This document shows positions 1 to 9,022 of a DNA stretch of 64,000 nucleotides, piece by piece (within the stretch, counting starts at the first letter, position 1; each line of letters opens with the position of its first letter). Origin of the DNA: Spirochaetota bacterium (GTDB lineage Bacteria > Spirochaetota > Spirochaetia > Treponematales > UBA12059). The notes under the pieces are model-generated. The model was not told the DNA's origin. It was given only the letters and a program-made list of their open reading frames with translations, and ran no database searches. The stretch is taken from contig JANNSO010000119.1 of assembly GCA_031402655.1 (NCBI GenBank), positions 72,764 through 136,763 of the forward strand. Direction: 5' to 3'. A program made the translations under genes and the position numbers.

Positions 1-303
1 GGTAAAGATCATGCCGTAGCCGTCGGTGGCGTACTGGCGTATGATGCGCTCGGCATCGGGGCCTTCGGGCACGTTTTCGATGAAGGCTGTCTCGACCTTG
101 CTGCCAAAAGCCGCTTCGACGGCCTTGCGTCCACGGTCATGCTCGTACGTCCATCCGAGGTCGCCCGGCGGTCCGATGTAAACGAACGCGATTTTAAGAG
201 CCTTGACGGCGGCCGGCGCGTCGGCGGGTTTGGCTGCCTTGGTACAGCCCGCGATGGCGACGACCATGGTCAGCGCCAGTAAAACGATAAGAATTTTCTT
301 CAT
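1..303 (-). CDS. BMP-family ABC-transporter substrate-binding lipoprotein, 5' part only (gene continues past the left edge)
   Basis: Own translation of the minus strand from ATG 303..301 gives MKKILIVLLALTMVVAIAGCTKAAKPADAPAAVKALKIAFVYIGPPGDLGWTYEHDRGRKAVEAAFGSKVETAFIENVPEGPDAERIIRQYATDGYGMIFT. It has a signal peptide with lipobox IAGC, then the V/IYxGPxGDxGW..HDxGR pattern I associate with BMP-family binding proteins. An AAAGGAG SD lies upstream. It is not in the ORF track because it is truncated. Confidence 0.7.
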   Translation of the reverse strand, partial: MKKILIVLLALTMVVAIAGCTKAAKPADAPAAVKALKIAFVYIGPPGDLGWTYEHDRGRKAVEAAFGSKVETAFIENVPEGPDAERIIRQYATDGYGMIFT

Positions 304-339
304 TGTAATGCTCCTTTTGTACGGAAATTCATCCTAGCT

Positions 340-368
340 ACGTTAGTACTGAAATTTCAGTCTGTCAA
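340..368 (-). promoter_or_regulatory. candidate sigma70-type promoter with a perfect 14-bp palindrome in its spacer, upstream of the BMP-family gene
   Basis: The minus strand reads TTGACA (368..363), a 17-nt spacer, then TAACGT (345..340). The spacer contains ACTGAAATTTCAGT (348..361), a perfect palindrome. Confidence 0.4.
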
Positions 369-428
369 GCTAAATGGTGAGCCTTAATCGATAAGCGCGC
401 GTAATATCCACTGCTGTTTCGATGTGTC

Positions 429-1466
429 CTAAAGCTTTCGCACCGAATCGCGGATTTCGAGGCGAACCGGGAGCCTGACATCCAGTACCGGAACCGCTTC
501 CTTCTTTATGAGTTTTATGAGCATGGATACGGCGCTCTGACCTTTAAGGAATACATCCTGATGCACCGTCGTAAGGTGCGGCCGTATAAGCCGCGAATAG
601 CTGTTGTCATCGAACCCCGCCACCGAAATCTGTAGGGGAACCGCGACGCCGTGCTCGATGAAAAAATCGATTGCGTCGACAGCGTAATAGTCGGCGGAAA
701 AAAAGAGCGCAGTAAAGGGAAACGGCGGGGTAATGAAGCGGCTGTAGAGTTTGTGCCTTTCCCGGCCGTCTTTGGAAAGAGGAATGAAGCAATCGTCCCT
801 TTTGATCAGGCCTTTCTCGGAGAATGCCTGCCTGTAACCGTCGAAACGAGCGTCGTCACCGCCGGGGAAGCCTTGCGCGTTTGCCAGAAAGGCGATTTTT
901 TCGTGTCCCATGGAAAGCAGGTACTTCGTCATTTCATAGCCGCCCCGTTTGTCTTCGAGGCCAATATTATGGAAGCTTTGCTTGTGGTCGTCGAAGTAGC
1001 AGTCGATAAATACGACCGGCGTTTCGGTACGTCCCCTGATGCTGCTGCAAATTTCGCCGGGTACCCATAAAAGTATCAGGCCGGCAAGTTTCCATGTCGC
1101 AGCCAGCCTCAGCACTTCGTCCTTGTCGCAGGTTGTATGCAGCATCATGAAATAATCGTCCCGCCGTATTTCCAGCTCGATGGCCCCGAGGATAGTCGAG
1201 GTAAAGGGATCCTCCAGGACCGTTTCGTCGCTCCTGGGTTCCTGAAACATTATGACCCCGATTATCCGCGAATTGCTGTGGGCCAGAATGACCGCACCCA
1301 TGTTCCGGGCGAAATTTTCATGTTCGAGTATCGATTGCACTTTTTCCAAAGTGGCGGGAGAAACCTTTGCCGTCCTTCCGTGCAATACGTTGGAAACGGT
1401 AGTGAAGCTTACTCCCGCCTTTTCGGCGATCTGCTTTATCGTGGCCATATTCGCTGTAATCTGCAC
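429..1466 (-). CDS. LacI/GalR-family transcriptional regulator
   Basis: 345 aa. N-terminal HTH MATIKQIAEKAGVSFTTVSNVLHG followed by a sugar-binding-fold domain. It is the last gene of the minus-strand sugar operon. Confidence 0.9.
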   Translation of the reverse strand: MQITANMATIKQIAEKAGVSFTTVSNVLHGRTAKVSPATLEKVQSILEHENFARNMGAVILAHSNSRIIGVIMFQEPRSDETVLEDPFTSTILGAIELEIRRDDYFMMLHTTCDKDEVLRLAATWKLAGLILLWVPGEICSSIRGRTETPVVFIDCYFDDHKQSFHNIGLEDKRGGYEMTKYLLSMGHEKIAFLANAQGFPGGDDARFDGYRQAFSEKGLIKRDDCFIPLSKDGRERHKLYSRFITPPFPFTALFFSADYYAVDAIDFFIEHGVAVPLQISVAGFDDNSYSRLIRPHLTTVHQDVFLKGQSAVSMLIKLIKKEAVPVLDVRLPVRLEIRDSVRKL

Positions 1467-1477
1467 GTATCAAGGGC

Positions 1478-2833
1478 TTATTTCAAGTACCCGAGCCACT
1501 TGCCCTGCACGGTTATCATCCTGTCCACCATTGCCTCGATGCCCGAGGTTCGGTGCACGACGGGATTTGCCAGCATTGCCTGTATTACGTAAGACTTCTT
1601 CCTGTGAATGATCGCCTCTGCCGTAAGATCGTACACTCCGCAATAAGAGCGCAGCAGCGACAGGTATCCCTTGGGTACGTTTTGCATCGCTATGCCTTTG
1701 ACCCCGGACTTGCCGATTACGGCCGGAACTTCCACCGCTATCCACGGTGGCAAATCGCCGATGAGTCCGTTGTTTTGCAGGTTGACCGCGGATTCCTCGA
1801 AGCCTGCGTCGGAAAGCATCCCGTCGATGATGGGAATGACCCGCTCGCTGGTCTGCAGCTTTATTTCGTGGCGGGTGTCCTGCGACAGCATCACCTTGTA
1901 CGCGTCGTAGAAGTCCATGATACCGCGATGGTCCACCTCGTCCCATGCCCAGCCAAGATATTCGCCGAAGTGGCTGTCGGTGGTTATCGGCAAAAGGTCA
2001 TACTTCTCCAGCATGAATTTTACCAGCCGCCGGTCGGCCCATTCATAGTTGCCTTTTTGTCCCGACTGCACCTTTTTGTACGCTTCGGACTCGTCCATCA
2101 CGCCTGTTTCCCGGTACATATCCAACAAATCGCTGTATCCGGGTTCATGGATAAAAAAATCACCGGCTTTTTTCAGCACGTCCGGATACAGGTCCCTGCC
2201 GCTTTTTTTGTCTTTCAGCTCGAGCATGCAGCTGAAATGGTTAAGGCCGGCCGCCCTGAAGTGCATGTCTTCCTCTTTCATGCCCAGCATGCGCGGCAAC
2301 CATCGGGACAGCCAGCCTATCTCGTGGCACATTCCCACGAACTTCGCCTGCGGATAAGCCCGCTTTACCGTAGTGCAAATAGCGGTCATCGGGTTGGAAT
2401 AGTTGAATATCCAGGCATCCGGGCAGATTTCCATGGCGTCTTTTACTATTTCCAGGATTACCGGAACGATGCGCAGGGCGTGGAATATCCCCCCCGGTCC
2501 GCCGTTTTCCCCGTATACCTGATGCACGCCGTACTGTTGCGGGACTTTCCAGTCTTCATCCCACAACTGAAAGCGGTTTCCAACTTCTATGGACGAGATG
2601 ATGAAATTCGCATCCTTGAAGGCCAGCTTCCGCTCCGTAGTGGCGCTTACCGTAAATTTGAGGCCGTGTTTTTTAATGCTTTCCCTAGCGAGCAGCAGAA
2701 CCTTTTCCAAAGACCTCGCATCGATATCGAGCAGCGAAATCTCGCTGCCCTCGAGTGTCTTGCTGCAAAAAATATCACCCAGGGTGCCGCAGCCGAACTG
2801 CGCGCTGCCCGCGCCTACCAGAACGATTTTCAT
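1478..2833 (-). CDS. family-4 glycoside hydrolase (MelA/AglA-like alpha-galactosidase or alpha-glucosidase)
   Basis: 451 aa. N-terminal Rossmann motif MKIVLVGAGSAQFG and a GMCHE motif. Length and layout match GH4 enzymes as I recall E. coli MelA. Confidence 0.85.
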   Translation of the reverse strand: MKIVLVGAGSAQFGCGTLGDIFCSKTLEGSEISLLDIDARSLEKVLLLARESIKKHGLKFTVSATTERKLAFKDANFIISSIEVGNRFQLWDEDWKVPQQYGVHQVYGENGGPGGIFHALRIVPVILEIVKDAMEICPDAWIFNYSNPMTAICTTVKRAYPQAKFVGMCHEIGWLSRWLPRMLGMKEEDMHFRAAGLNHFSCMLELKDKKSGRDLYPDVLKKAGDFFIHEPGYSDLLDMYRETGVMDESEAYKKVQSGQKGNYEWADRRLVKFMLEKYDLLPITTDSHFGEYLGWAWDEVDHRGIMDFYDAYKVMLSQDTRHEIKLQTSERVIPIIDGMLSDAGFEESAVNLQNNGLIGDLPPWIAVEVPAVIGKSGVKGIAMQNVPKGYLSLLRSYCGVYDLTAEAIIHRKKSYVIQAMLANPVVHRTSGIEAMVDRMITVQGKWLGYLK

Positions 2834-2842
2834 TGTATCCTC

Positions 2843-3709
2843 CTATTTGATAGAACCGTCAACCATGCCTTTTATTATGTAGCGCTGCGCGAACAAATAT
2901 AAAACGATGACCGGCAGCATGGCGATCAAGGTCGATGTAAGGATAAGGTCCCACTGCTTCAGATACGCTCCGGCGAAGGCCGTAACGGCTATCGGTATGG
3001 TTTGGACCGCGCCGTTGGAGCCCAGGACTAGCAGCGGCAGCAGGTAGTCGTTCCATATCCAGATGCCGTTCAGTATGAGCACCGTGACGATGATGGGCTG
3101 CAGCAGCGGAAATATGATGGAGAAAAAGATCCTGGGCTTGGAGCAACCGTCGATAGTCGCCGCTTCCTCGAGTTCGTATGGAATGTTCTTGATGAAGCCG
3201 TGGAAAATAAAAACAGACAGCGGACAGCCGAAGCCCAGGTACGCGAACACTATTCCGGGAATCGACCCGAGGATGGGGAAGTGCATAAAGTCACCCACCA
3301 GGCGCAGCCAGCGGACGAGCGGGTACATGAGAACCTGGAAGGGTATCACCATAGCCGCGACGAATATCATGAACAGGATGGCGGACCAGGCCGTCTTGTT
3401 CCGGACCAGGACCCACGCGCACATCGATGAGAACAGCACGATGACGACCAGCGACAGGCTGGTTATTACGGTGCTGTCCAGGAATGCCCCGAGGTAATCC
3501 ACCGTGGGATTGTTGAAGATCAAGCCTATATTGGTAAACAGCTGGCCCCAATGGGACGGCATGCTGATGGCGCTGTAAATAATCTCTTTGGCGGTTTTGG
3601 CGGAATTGAGCACTACCATGCCAAAGGGGATCATGAAGAACAGAAAGAGAAAGGCGACGGCTATCTCGAGGACGCGCTGACTCTTTGCGATGGAAGAATA
3701 TTTTTTCAC
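2843..3709 (-). CDS. carbohydrate ABC transporter permease (MalG-like)
   Basis: 288 aa multi-TM protein with an EAA-type loop, ELEEAATIDGCSKPRIFFSIIFPL. It overlaps the upstream permease by 4 nt. Confidence 0.9.
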   Translation of the reverse strand: MKKYSSIAKSQRVLEIAVAFLFLFFMIPFGMVVLNSAKTAKEIIYSAISMPSHWGQLFTNIGLIFNNPTVDYLGAFLDSTVITSLSLVVIVLFSSMCAWVLVRNKTAWSAILFMIFVAAMVIPFQVLMYPLVRWLRLVGDFMHFPILGSIPGIVFAYLGFGCPLSVFIFHGFIKNIPYELEEAATIDGCSKPRIFFSIIFPLLQPIIVTVLILNGIWIWNDYLLPLLVLGSNGAVQTIPIAVTAFAGAYLKQWDLILTSTLIAMLPVIVLYLFAQRYIIKGMVDGSIK

Positions 3710-4593
3710 ATTTCCACCTCTTTCTTCTTGTTCGCCGAAACCTGGATCAGCGCCAGCACGACGAGCGTGACGAAGAGCACCACGGCCTTGGCCTGGGCCT
3801 CGGCCATGCGATTCGCCGTGGCGGTGGTAAATATATTCATGGCCAGCAGCTGGCTTGCTTTTACGGGGTTTTCCAGGAACCGCGTCGCCGGCCCGCCGTT
3901 GGTAAGCGTCAGGTTCATGTCGAACTGCTTGAACGATGCGGTAAGCGTAAGGAAGAGCGAGATGGTAAACGCGTTTGCCATCATGGGTATGAGGATGCGG
4001 AATACGCGCGTTACGTAGCTCGCGCCGTCGACGCTGGCAGCCTCCATGATGGAGGCGGGAATACCCTGGATGGAGGCGACGTAAATAAGCATTATATACC
4101 CCGCGTATTGCCAGGTGTTTACCGCGGACATGATCCAGATGACCATGCCCGGCTGGCCCAGGAACGACGTCTGCAGGCCCTTGATGGAAAGGCCGGTGCC
4201 TATCGCCACGAGTGCGTTATTGAAAATGAACTGCCAAATGTACCCAAGTACTATCCCCCCGATCAGGTAGGGAACGAAAAATCCGGCGCGGAAAAAATTA
4301 CGAAAACGGATTTTACTGGTAACGACAAGCGACAGCACGAAACTGACCGCGTTGACAAGTACAATGTTGATAAGGGTATAGGCTATGGTGATAAGAAATG
4401 AATATAGGAAATCCGGTGAGGAAAACAGCGTCCGGAAATTTTTCAAGCCGATGAAGCGGACGGTGTTGTTTACGCCGTTCCAGTCGGTCATGGAATAATA
4501 CAATCCCAAGAAAAACGGAATGAGGATGATCATGGTAAACGCGAACACGCAAGGCGCTACGAACAGTATGCTGACTACCCTGGTTTGTCTCAT
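3706..4593 (-). CDS. carbohydrate ABC transporter permease (MalF-like)
   Basis: 295 aa multi-TM protein with EAA loop IMEAASVDGASYVTRVFRILIPM. Confidence 0.9.
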   Translation of the reverse strand: MRQTRVVSILFVAPCVFAFTMIILIPFFLGLYYSMTDWNGVNNTVRFIGLKNFRTLFSSPDFLYSFLITIAYTLINIVLVNAVSFVLSLVVTSKIRFRNFFRAGFFVPYLIGGIVLGYIWQFIFNNALVAIGTGLSIKGLQTSFLGQPGMVIWIMSAVNTWQYAGYIMLIYVASIQGIPASIMEAASVDGASYVTRVFRILIPMMANAFTISLFLTLTASFKQFDMNLTLTNGGPATRFLENPVKASQLLAMNIFTTATANRMAEAQAKAVVLFVTLVVLALIQVSANKKKEVEM

Positions 4594-4671
4594 TTTTTCT
4601 CCTGAATTAAGGAAAGAGCGCCGGGCAGGAGAGGCGAAAACCCCTCCCGTTCGGCCCTTGTAATAATTTTG

Positions 4672-5949
4672 TTACATTGCTGGCAAGAGTGCGACCGCCT
4701 TTTTCATGTCCGCGACAAACTGGCTCAGGTTGTCGGGATTCTGTGCGAACAGGTCGAAGATGGGGCCGAATACGTTTTGGCCGGTTCCGTCGGGAAGCAT
4801 TCCGAAGAACACGCCGTAGTTGCCGCCCTTGGCGTTGGCCGCCATGAGCGCCTGGCTCAGCTGTCCGCTGGGTTTGAGCGTTACGGACTTGAACGCGGGA
4901 ATCATGCCTGCCTGGTTTACCATATAGTCATGGCCTTCCGGAGTGGAGGCCATCGCATTGAGGAAGGCCTTGGCCGCTGCCGCGTTGGGGCTCTTGGCGT
5001 TGACGCAGTACCAGCTTGGCGCAAACAGGTATAATCCTGCTTCTTCAGTATCGAGGAACGCATGAGGCGCATAGGCGATCTTGAACGTTACCCCGAGCTG
5101 CTTGAGGTTCGGGTCAACCCAGTTGCCTTGGTGCAGGAATGCCGTTTTGCCCTGGGCAAATGCGCCTACCTGGTCATCGTAGCCGCCGGTGAGGAGGATT
5201 TTTTTATCCGCGTATTTGTACAGCAACTGGAGATATTTTGCGTATTGCAGGAAACGGCCTTCGTCAAGGGAGCCCTTCAATGCCTGGTTGATTACGCTGG
5301 TGTCGTCAAAAGCGAGCCCGCCGCCCCAATAACATGCCAGGTTGTGCTGGGCAGCGACCCACCACATGCCTCCGGCCACGGATGCGGCCATCGAAACCGG
5401 TGCGGTGATTCCAAGTTCTGCCTTCTTCGAGTTAAGAATAGTGAATGCTTTCTCGTATGCCGCACGGGTTGTGAGCGTAGCCGGATCGATGCCTGCTTTT
5501 TGCAGTATATCTGCGTTATAGGCTAGTCCGTACCCTTCGATGGCTACAGGAAAACCTATGACCTTGCCATCCACTTTCATGGCCAGATCGGTGTTTTTTA
5601 CCCAGGTTTCCGCGCTCAGGTCGGCTATATAGTCTTTCCAAATTTCGTAGCCTCCGCGGCCTTCGATTACGAAAATATCGGGCATTTGTCCCGCCTGCGA
5701 CTTGGCCTTGAGCGCTCCGCCGTAATCGCCGCCGCCGCCGAGCGTTTCGACCTTCATGGTTACGCCGGGGTTAGCCGCGGTGTATTTCGCCGCATAGCCG
5801 TCAATCGCATCCTTGATTTCTACTTTGAGCTGGAACATGTTGAGCGTAATGTCCTTGGACTTTTTCTGGCCGCCGGAACAGGCTGCCGCCGATACAAGAA
5901 CCGCGAGAGCTATGCCAAGCGCCAAACCTCGTACCATCGTTTTTCTCAT
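4672..5949 (-). CDS. extracellular solute-binding lipoprotein of the sugar ABC transporter
   Basis: The track ORF is 4672..6000. I prefer the start MRKTMVRGLALGIALAVLVSAAACSGG at 5949 because GGAGG lies 6 nt upstream. The protein has a lipobox AAAC and family-1 SBP-like composition. Confidence 0.85.
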   Translation of the reverse strand: MRKTMVRGLALGIALAVLVSAAACSGGQKKSKDITLNMFQLKVEIKDAIDGYAAKYTAANPGVTMKVETLGGGGDYGGALKAKSQAGQMPDIFVIEGRGGYEIWKDYIADLSAETWVKNTDLAMKVDGKVIGFPVAIEGYGLAYNADILQKAGIDPATLTTRAAYEKAFTILNSKKAELGITAPVSMAASVAGGMWWVAAQHNLACYWGGGLAFDDTSVINQALKGSLDEGRFLQYAKYLQLLYKYADKKILLTGGYDDQVGAFAQGKTAFLHQGNWVDPNLKQLGVTFKIAYAPHAFLDTEEAGLYLFAPSWYCVNAKSPNAAAAKAFLNAMASTPEGHDYMVNQAGMIPAFKSVTLKPSGQLSQALMAANAKGGNYGVFFGMLPDGTGQNVFGPIFDLFAQNPDNLSQFVADMKKAVALLPAM

Positions 5950-5976
5950 TTCACTTCCTCCATAATAACTGGCTGT

Positions 5977-5994
5977 AGGTGTTACGTAACACCT
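5977..5994. promoter_or_regulatory. 18-bp perfect palindrome, candidate LacI-family operator of the sugar operon
   Basis: AGGTGTTACGTAACACCT has a central CG, as in LacI/GalR-type operators. It lies between the predicted -10 box and the SD of the binding-protein gene. Confidence 0.6.
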
Positions 5995-6002
5995 TGCCAT
6001 TC

Positions 6003-6030
6003 AGCATAGCACTTAATTCCAGCCTGTCAA
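6003..6030 (-). promoter_or_regulatory. candidate sigma70 promoter of the sugar ABC/GH4/LacI operon
   Basis: The minus strand reads TTGACA (6030..6025), a 16-nt spacer, then TATGCT (6008..6003). Confidence 0.5.
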
Positions 6031-6336
6031 GAAAAAAATGAGGTAAAATTCTTTATATATGGCAAGCATCGAAGCCATGAAACTGATTCTCGGGAATCTT
6101 GTGGCTGTATACGAGGATGGTTCGAGCATGGCCGGCAGGGAAGCGCTGCTTAAGGCCGCATTCCTTATGCGGTTTTTTGCGGCCATACCCACAGTCTGGC
6201 GCTGCTTGCCCGGGGTTCAGGGGCGGTCGCTGCAGGCCTTGGGGATTCCGCAGCAGCAGCCGCTTTTATATCCTTGATCAAATCGATGAATCGGGAAATG
6301 GCAATTTCCGGGCCAAAGCTTTTCAGTCAACGCCCC

Positions 6337-6366
6337 CTGACAAATAGCCATAACTCTTGCTATACT
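6337..6366 (+). promoter_or_regulatory. candidate promoter of ruvA (possibly giving a leaderless mRNA)
   Basis: CTGACA (6337..6342), an 18-nt spacer, then TATACT (6361..6366). The ruvA ATG follows 6 nt after the -10 box and has no SD. Confidence 0.4.
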
Positions 6367-6372
6367 GTCTTT

Positions 6373-6978
6373 ATGTACAACGCTATCAGCGGCACTCTTG
6401 TCTACAAGGGTCCCGATTATATTCGCATCGACAATCACGGTATCGAGTGGGAATGCTCCGTGCCTTCGCGCTCGGTGGATCTGTTTGGAAGCCTTGGCGA
6501 CCAGGTGCGCGCACTCGTGTGGCTCCTGCACCGCGAGGACGGCATGAAGCTTTTCGGCTTTCCCTCCGAGGGCGATCGCGCGGTGTTCCTCGAACTCCTG
6601 ACGGTGGACGGCATCGGCCCCAAGGCCGCAATCAAGATACTCGGGGGCATTTCCCCTCTCGAACTCGAGCGCGCGCTGGAAACCGAAGACCTTAGCCGCC
6701 TGCAGGCCGTTCCCGGACTCGGCAAAAAAACAGCCGAGAAGCTGGTGTTTTCGCTCAAAGGCAAGCTGCCTTCCGCCACGGCGCATAAAAGCGGCGTGCA
6801 GAGCGCAGGACCCCATGAGGATATAGTGCGCGCCATGGTGGACATGGGTTACGACCGCAAGCGCTGCATCGAGGCTATCGCCAGGATCGTGGACGGCTCC
6901 GACCTGTCCGCCGTCAGGGCGGAAGAACTCGAGCGCGAGATATTCAGGCGCGCCATCGTTGCCTTGAGCGGTTCATGA
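6373..6978 (+). CDS. ruvA: Holliday junction branch-migration complex subunit RuvA
   Basis: The track ORF is 6274..6978. The RuvA-like sequence starts at MYNAISGTLVYKGPDYIRIDNHGIEWECSVP (6373). HhH motifs are present (LLTVDGIGPKAAIKIL, LQAVPGLGKKTAEKL). The 3' end overlaps ruvB by 4 nt. Confidence 0.9.
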   Translation: MYNAISGTLVYKGPDYIRIDNHGIEWECSVPSRSVDLFGSLGDQVRALVWLLHREDGMKLFGFPSEGDRAVFLELLTVDGIGPKAAIKILGGISPLELERALETEDLSRLQAVPGLGKKTAEKLVFSLKGKLPSATAHKSGVQSAGPHEDIVRAMVDMGYDRKRCIEAIARIVDGSDLSAVRAEELEREIFRRAIVALSGS

Positions 6979-8006
6979 GCCAGAATGAAACCGCGTCCCT
7001 GGTATCGGGCGCGTTTAATCAGACGGAAGACGAGCGCGACAACATCCTGCGCCCGCGCATGCTCGCCGAATTCCTGGGACAGGCGGCCATCAAGGAAAAC
7101 CTGGCCATATTCATAAAAGCCGCCACCCAGCGTCAGGAAGCCCTGGATCACGTGTTTCTAATCGGCCCGCCTGGCTTGGGGAAAACCACGCTCGCGGGCA
7201 TCGTCAGCCGCGAGATGGGAGTGGACTTCAAGGTAACCAGCGCGCCAGCCTTGGAAAAAGCCAAGGATCTCGCGGGCATCCTAACCACGCTTGCGCCCCG
7301 CTCGGTATTCTTTATCGACGAAATACACCGTCTCAAACCCGCCATCGAGGAAATGCTGTACATGGCCATGGAAGACGGCGAGCTGGACTTTATAATCGGC
7401 CAGGGGCCTTCAGCGCGAACCCTGCGCATTCCATTACCGCCCTTTACGCTCGTGGGCGCAACCACGCGCGCGGGCATGGTGGGCAGCCCGCTTATCAGCC
7501 GCTTCGGCATTACGGTGCGCCTGGGCTTTTACGAGCGGGAGGATGTCATAGCGATACTCAACAGGTCGGCCGCCATCCTGGAGACGCAGCTCGAAGCCGA
7601 AGGCGCCTCGCTCCTGGCCGCCGCCAGCCGGGGCACGCCCCGCGTCGCCAACCGCCTCCTGCGGCGCATGAGGGATTTCGCTCAGGTGGCAGGCAAATCC
7701 TCCATAGACGACGCCGTGGTGCGCTCGGGTTTGGACAGGCTCGAGGTGGACAAATACGGCCTGGAGCGTCACGACCGCGACGTGCTCAAGGCCGTTATAG
7801 AAAAGTACGGCGGTGGACCCGTAGGCGCCGAGACCCTAGCGGTGTCCACGGGCGAAAGCATCGAAACCCTCGAGGATTACGTCGAACCATACCTGATGCA
7901 GGCAGGCTTCATCATGCGCACCCCGCGGGGTCGCGTCGTTACGCCCCTTGCGTACGAACACCTTGGGTACCGGAGGCGGAATGAACCTGACGGACTTCCA
8001 TTTTAA
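6975..8006 (+). CDS. ruvB: Holliday junction DNA helicase RuvB
   Basis: 343 aa. Walker A GPPGLGKTT, FIDEIHRL, and a typical RuvB C-terminal winged-helix region. Confidence 0.95.
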   Translation: MSQNETASLVSGAFNQTEDERDNILRPRMLAEFLGQAAIKENLAIFIKAATQRQEALDHVFLIGPPGLGKTTLAGIVSREMGVDFKVTSAPALEKAKDLAGILTTLAPRSVFFIDEIHRLKPAIEEMLYMAMEDGELDFIIGQGPSARTLRIPLPPFTLVGATTRAGMVGSPLISRFGITVRLGFYEREDVIAILNRSAAILETQLEAEGASLLAAASRGTPRVANRLLRRMRDFAQVAGKSSIDDAVVRSGLDRLEVDKYGLERHDRDVLKAVIEKYGGGPVGAETLAVSTGESIETLEDYVEPYLMQAGFIMRTPRGRVVTPLAYEHLGYRRRNEPDGLPF

Positions 8007-9009
8007 GCTTCCCGAAGAATTGATAGCGCAGGAACCTCCTTTGGAGCGCGGGACTTCGCGCATGCTTGTCCTTGACCCGAAGGGAGGCGGAATCGAGCAC
8101 TCTTTCGTTTCCGCTCTCGCGGATTTTTTGCCCGCCGGGGCGTTACTTGTGTTTAACGACTCCAAAGTACGACGGGCCAGGCTGTTCGCCTCTTCGGCGG
8201 GAGGCGGCAAAGTCGAGCTGCTCCTGCTGCGGCGCGAGTCGGAAAGGCACTGGGCGGCGCTGACAAGCCGCATGGCCAAACAGACCGTGGGGAAAATACT
8301 GAGCCTGCCTGAGGGTTTGAGCGCTGAGGTAATTCAAGTGAGGGCGGAAGAACGTCTTCTGGCTTTCTCCTCCGAAATCGATGACGACTACCTTGAGCGA
8401 AACGGGCATTTGCCTCTGCCCCCCTACATCAAGCGTGCCGATACGGGCTCCGATGCGGAACGATATCAGACCGTGTATGCCCGCGAGCAGGGTTCCGCGG
8501 CCGCCCCAACGGCCGGGCTGCATTTTACGCAGGCGATCCTGGACGGCATAAGCGCGCGGGGCATCGAGATTCGCTACCTCACCCTGCATGTAGGCTTGGG
8601 TACGTTCTGGCCGGTCCGGGTAGATACAATAGAAGAGCACACGATGCACTCCGAGGACTTTACGGTTTCGCAGGCGACGGCAGCGGCCGTCAACAAGGCC
8701 AAAGCAGAGGGAAGGCCGGTCGTAGCCGTGGGCACGACGAGCCTCCGCACCCTGGAGAGCGCCTGGGTGGACGGTGCGCTCAAGGCAGGCAGCGCTTCCA
8801 CGAACATATTTATATACCCCGGCTACGAGTTTAAGGTGGTGGATTCCCTGTTTACCAATTTTCATACCCCCGAATCTACCTTGCTCATGCTGGTATCCGC
8901 CTTTGCCGGCCGCGACCAGGTTTTTGCCGCGTACGGCGAGGCTATCCAAAAGCGTTATAGATTCTTCTCGTATGGCGACGCGATGTTCATACGCAACAGG
9001 GGACGGTAA
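7981..9009 (+). CDS. queA: S-adenosylmethionine:tRNA ribosyltransferase-isomerase QueA
   Basis: The QueA N-terminus MNLTDFHFKLPEELIAQEPP starts at 7981 (track ORF starts at 7948). Conserved PLPPYI and LHAGLGTF-like (LHVGLGTFWPV) motifs are present. Confidence 0.93.
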   Translation: MNLTDFHFKLPEELIAQEPPLERGTSRMLVLDPKGGGIEHSFVSALADFLPAGALLVFNDSKVRRARLFASSAGGGKVELLLLRRESERHWAALTSRMAKQTVGKILSLPEGLSAEVIQVRAEERLLAFSSEIDDDYLERNGHLPLPPYIKRADTGSDAERYQTVYAREQGSAAAPTAGLHFTQAILDGISARGIEIRYLTLHVGLGTFWPVRVDTIEEHTMHSEDFTVSQATAAAVNKAKAEGRPVVAVGTTSLRTLESAWVDGALKAGSASTNIFIYPGYEFKVVDSLFTNFHTPESTLLMLVSAFAGRDQVFAAYGEAIQKRYRFFSYGDAMFIRNRGR

Positions 9010-9022
9010 AAAAGCGGAGCCG

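Noticed and set aside
1553-2902. 449-aa ORF on the plus strand, almost exactly antisense to the GH4 gene. Similar long antisense ORFs occur at 57366..58772 (versus secA), 8143..9042 (versus queA), 25549..26403 (versus argS), 45365..46105 and 46747..47568 (versus the kinases), 60049..60741, 34242..34967 and 21967..22728.
   Set aside because: In every case the opposite strand encodes a protein with unmistakable family motifs. The antisense products are Arg/His/Pro-rich with no motifs. These are shadow ORFs typical of GC-rich coding regions.
6059-6347. Track ORFs of 72 and 82 aa in the ruvA upstream gap.
   Set aside because: They have no SD and no recognisable motif, the 72-aa ORF runs through a terminator-like hairpin, and the composition looks non-coding.
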